A DNA stretch of 18,941 nucleotides. Origin: Deferribacterales bacterium (GTDB taxonomy: Bacteria > Chrysiogenota > Deferribacteres > Deferribacterales > Geovibrionaceae). Below the pieces are notes generated by a model. It did not search any database. It saw only the letters and a list, made by a program, of their open reading frames with translations, and was not told the origin of the DNA. Below are positions 17,043-18,941 of this stretch, in pieces. Location of the stretch: assembly GCA_050253335.1 (NCBI GenBank), contig JBFWJG010000045.1, positions 1 through 18,941 on the forward strand, given 5' to 3'. Numbering within the stretch: the first letter of the stretch is position 1; every line of letters begins with the position of its first letter. The position numbers were made by a program, and so were the translations under genes.

Positions 17043-17545
17043 TCCGCCTCGCTTCTGAAGCCCTCAAGCAGGTTAGCGTAAGTGACCTCTATATGTTCGG
17101 ATATTACCTTCATCTCCCCTACAACGGGCATGAAGTTTGTGTCCCCGACCCAGCGGGGAACTATGTGAAAGTGCAGGTGCGCGTCTATTCCCGCCCCTGC
17201 GGCCTTGCCTATGTTGAAGCCGGTGTTGAAGCCGGCGGGGTTCATGGCTTTTTTCAGCACCCTCATGGCAAGCTGGGAAAGCTGCATTATCTCAAGCATT
17301 TCCTCATCATCCAGATCCTGAAAGTCCCCGGTGTGCTTATAGGGCGCCACCATGAGGTGACCGTTGTTGTAAGGGAAAAGGTTCATAATTACAAACGCTT
17401 TTTTCCCTCTGTGGAGGATAAGGTTCTCCCTGTCAGCATCTGCCGAGGGTTTCTCGCAGAAGATGCAGCCCTCGCTTTTTCCGAGTCCGCTTATGTATGA
17501 CATGCGCCAAGGCGCCCACATTCTTTCTTTCTGTTCTTCAGCCAC
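17039..17545 (-). CDS. HIT family nucleotide hydrolase/phosphorylase (Ap4A-type)
   Basis: Motifs WAPWRM.YI, CIFC, NLFPYNNGHLMV.PY.H, G.AAGAGI and HLHFHIVPRW.GD.NF; GTG start. Confidence 0.93.
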   Translation of the reverse strand: MAEEQKERMWAPWRMSYISGLGKSEGCIFCEKPSADADRENLILHRGKKAFVIMNLFPYNNGHLMVAPYKHTGDFQDLDDEEMLEIMQLSQLAMRVLKKAMNPAGFNTGFNIGKAAGAGIDAHLHFHIVPRWVGDTNFMPVVGEMKVISEHIEVTYANLLEGFRSEAE

Positions 17546-18286
17546 TTAACCAACCTCCGCAGATTTGAGAACTTCGCCCAGAAAACCGCTGATCACCAGA
17601 TCCGCCATTGAGTCATAGGGTGTGGGCATTCTGTTTATTATAACAACTTTCGCGCCCGCTGACTTCGCATATCCGGGAAGCATGGCCGCAGGCATTACCG
17701 AAAGTGATGAACCGGCGACTATGAACAGGTCGCAGTTCATGGAATCTTTCACTGCATTGTCCATCACGGCGGGGGGGAGCATCTCGCCGAAGAAAATTAC
17801 GTTCGGCCGCATAACTCCGCCGCAAACGGGGCATTTGGGAGGATTTTCCCCTTTTGAGAATATGCGGAAAACCCTTGAGGTCGCCATCTCCTCCTCACAG
17901 CGCATACAGCGGGAGGTCATAAGCGAGCCGTGGAGCTCATGCACCTTTTCCGAGCCTGCCTTCTGGTGCAGTCCGTCTATGTTCTGGGTGATTACGCTCA
18001 GCACTTTTCCTTCCGCCTCACGTTTTGCTATGAAGGCATGGGCAGTGTTCGGCATTGCGTTTCTGAAAACATCAAACAAAGGCGCGAAGAATGTATAAAA
18101 CTTTTCGGGATTAGCGGTGAAGGAATCTATATTGAGATAGTCGTCAGATGCGAGGTTAGCCCAGAGCCCTTTTCCCGGCGTGCGGTAATCCGGTATTCCG
18201 CTTTCCGTGCTTATGCCTGCTCCGGAAAAGAAAACCGTTCTCTCTGACCGGCTTAAAAGGGTTTTGAGCTCAGCTATGCAGTCCAT
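17546..18286 (-). CDS. cobB: NAD-dependent protein deacylase (Sir2/CobB family)
   Basis: Motifs GAGISTESGIPDYR, TQNIDGLHQKAG, ELHGS, CxxC/CxxC, RP.V.FFGE and GSSL.V.PAA. Confidence 0.92.
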   Translation of the reverse strand: MDCIAELKTLLSRSERTVFFSGAGISTESGIPDYRTPGKGLWANLASDDYLNIDSFTANPEKFYTFFAPLFDVFRNAMPNTAHAFIAKREAEGKVLSVITQNIDGLHQKAGSEKVHELHGSLMTSRCMRCEEEMATSRVFRIFSKGENPPKCPVCGGVMRPNVIFFGEMLPPAVMDNAVKDSMNCDLFIVAGSSLSVMPAAMLPGYAKSAGAKVVIINRMPTPYDSMADLVISGFLGEVLKSAEVG

Positions 18287-18291
18287 CTGTT

Positions 18292-18320
18292 TTTATATCA
18301 AATATCCGTATCGCAGGCAA
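18292..18320 (-). promoter_or_regulatory. Candidate sigma70 promoter immediately upstream of the sirtuin gene
   Basis: - strand TTGCCT-N17-TATAAA with a TGn extension; the -10 box ends 5 nt before the ATG. Confidence 0.4.
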
Positions 18321-18350
18321 TTTATATGTTTTCAGCGGGACAGGGGTTTT

Positions 18351-18941
18351 TCAGCCTTTTTTGTCCTTTTCAAGATTTTCGGCGCACTCACACTCGCTCA
18401 CAACGGGGAAGCGGACGCGGAATATTGTGCCCTGACCTTCCTCTGAATCAAAGGAGATTGTCCCGCCGTAGTTTTCTATGAGCTGCTTCACAATGGTGAG
18501 TCCGAGCCCCGTTCCGTTGTGCTTTGTGGTGAAATATTCGGTGAAGAGGTGCTGTTTCGCCTCCTGCGGGATGCCTTCGCCGTTGTCTATGAAGTCAAAC
18601 TCAACAAAGCCGCCGTCAAGACGGGCGGTCAGTGTCACTTTTCCGCCCTGTTTGTGCTCAACGGCTTCCACGGCGTTGCGGAGAATATTGATGAAGATCT
18701 GCTCTATGTGCACAGGGGTTGCCTTTATGCAGCCGAGGTTTTTATCTGTCACTGTCTCGAAGGGGACATCAGCCCATTTAAGCAGTGTCCGCTCCACATA
18801 AAGGGCGATTCGCTCTATGAAGTCGGCAACGTCTATGCACTCCAGCTTATCGTTCCCCACGCGGGAGAATTTCAGGGTCTGGTCTATTATGTCTCTTATG
18901 CGTTCGGCATCCTTGAGGATTTTCTCGGTGTAGGCCTTGGT
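18351..18941 (-). CDS. Sensor histidine kinase, C-terminal part (5' end lies outside the window)
   Basis: Frame is open to the window edge; N box QIFINILRNAVEA, G1 DNGEGI, F box LFTEYFTTK and G2 GTGLGL. Confidence 0.92.
   Translation of the reverse strand, partial: TKAYTEKILKDAERIRDIIDQTLKFSRVGNDKLECIDVADFIERIALYVERTLLKWADVPFETVTDKNLGCIKATPVHIEQIFINILRNAVEAVEHKQGGKVTLTARLDGGFVEFDFIDNGEGIPQEAKQHLFTEYFTTKHNGTGLGLTIVKQLIENYGGTISFDSEEGQGTIFRVRFPVVSECECAENLEKDKKG

Noticed and set aside
17546..18286. Sir2 protein as an anti-phage defence effector (Thoeris/DSR type)
   Set aside because: It is a canonical stand-alone zinc-binding deacylase in a housekeeping operon, with no defence partners nearby.

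Overview
A chromosomal housekeeping window, tentatively from a Deferribacterota-like anaerobe; this placement is an impression and was not verified by search. The + strand carries a sigma70 promoter with a perfect CIRCE operator, then hrcA-grpE-dnaK-dnaJ, argH, an FN3-like lipoprotein, a membrane TPR protein, folE2 and a membrane-anchored ankyrin protein. The - strand carries a partial sensor histidine kinase, then a tightly coupled 8-gene run: sirtuin, HIT hydrolase, LapA-like, LapB-like, mutS, a membrane protein, a YycJ-like MBL hydrolase and DUF456. The most notable signal is intergenic. Six copies of a ~92-nt three-hairpin element and three copies of a related ~134-nt element keep their structure through compensatory changes and mostly display A(N)GGA loops resembling CsrA/RsmA sites. 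They form a ~600-nt tandem array between grpE and dnaK, with two junctions falling at GGA loops, and one copy adjoins a 52-bp duplication of the dnaJ 3' end. Two other palindromic REP-like elements are also present. No transposase, CRISPR array, tRNA or rRNA was seen.
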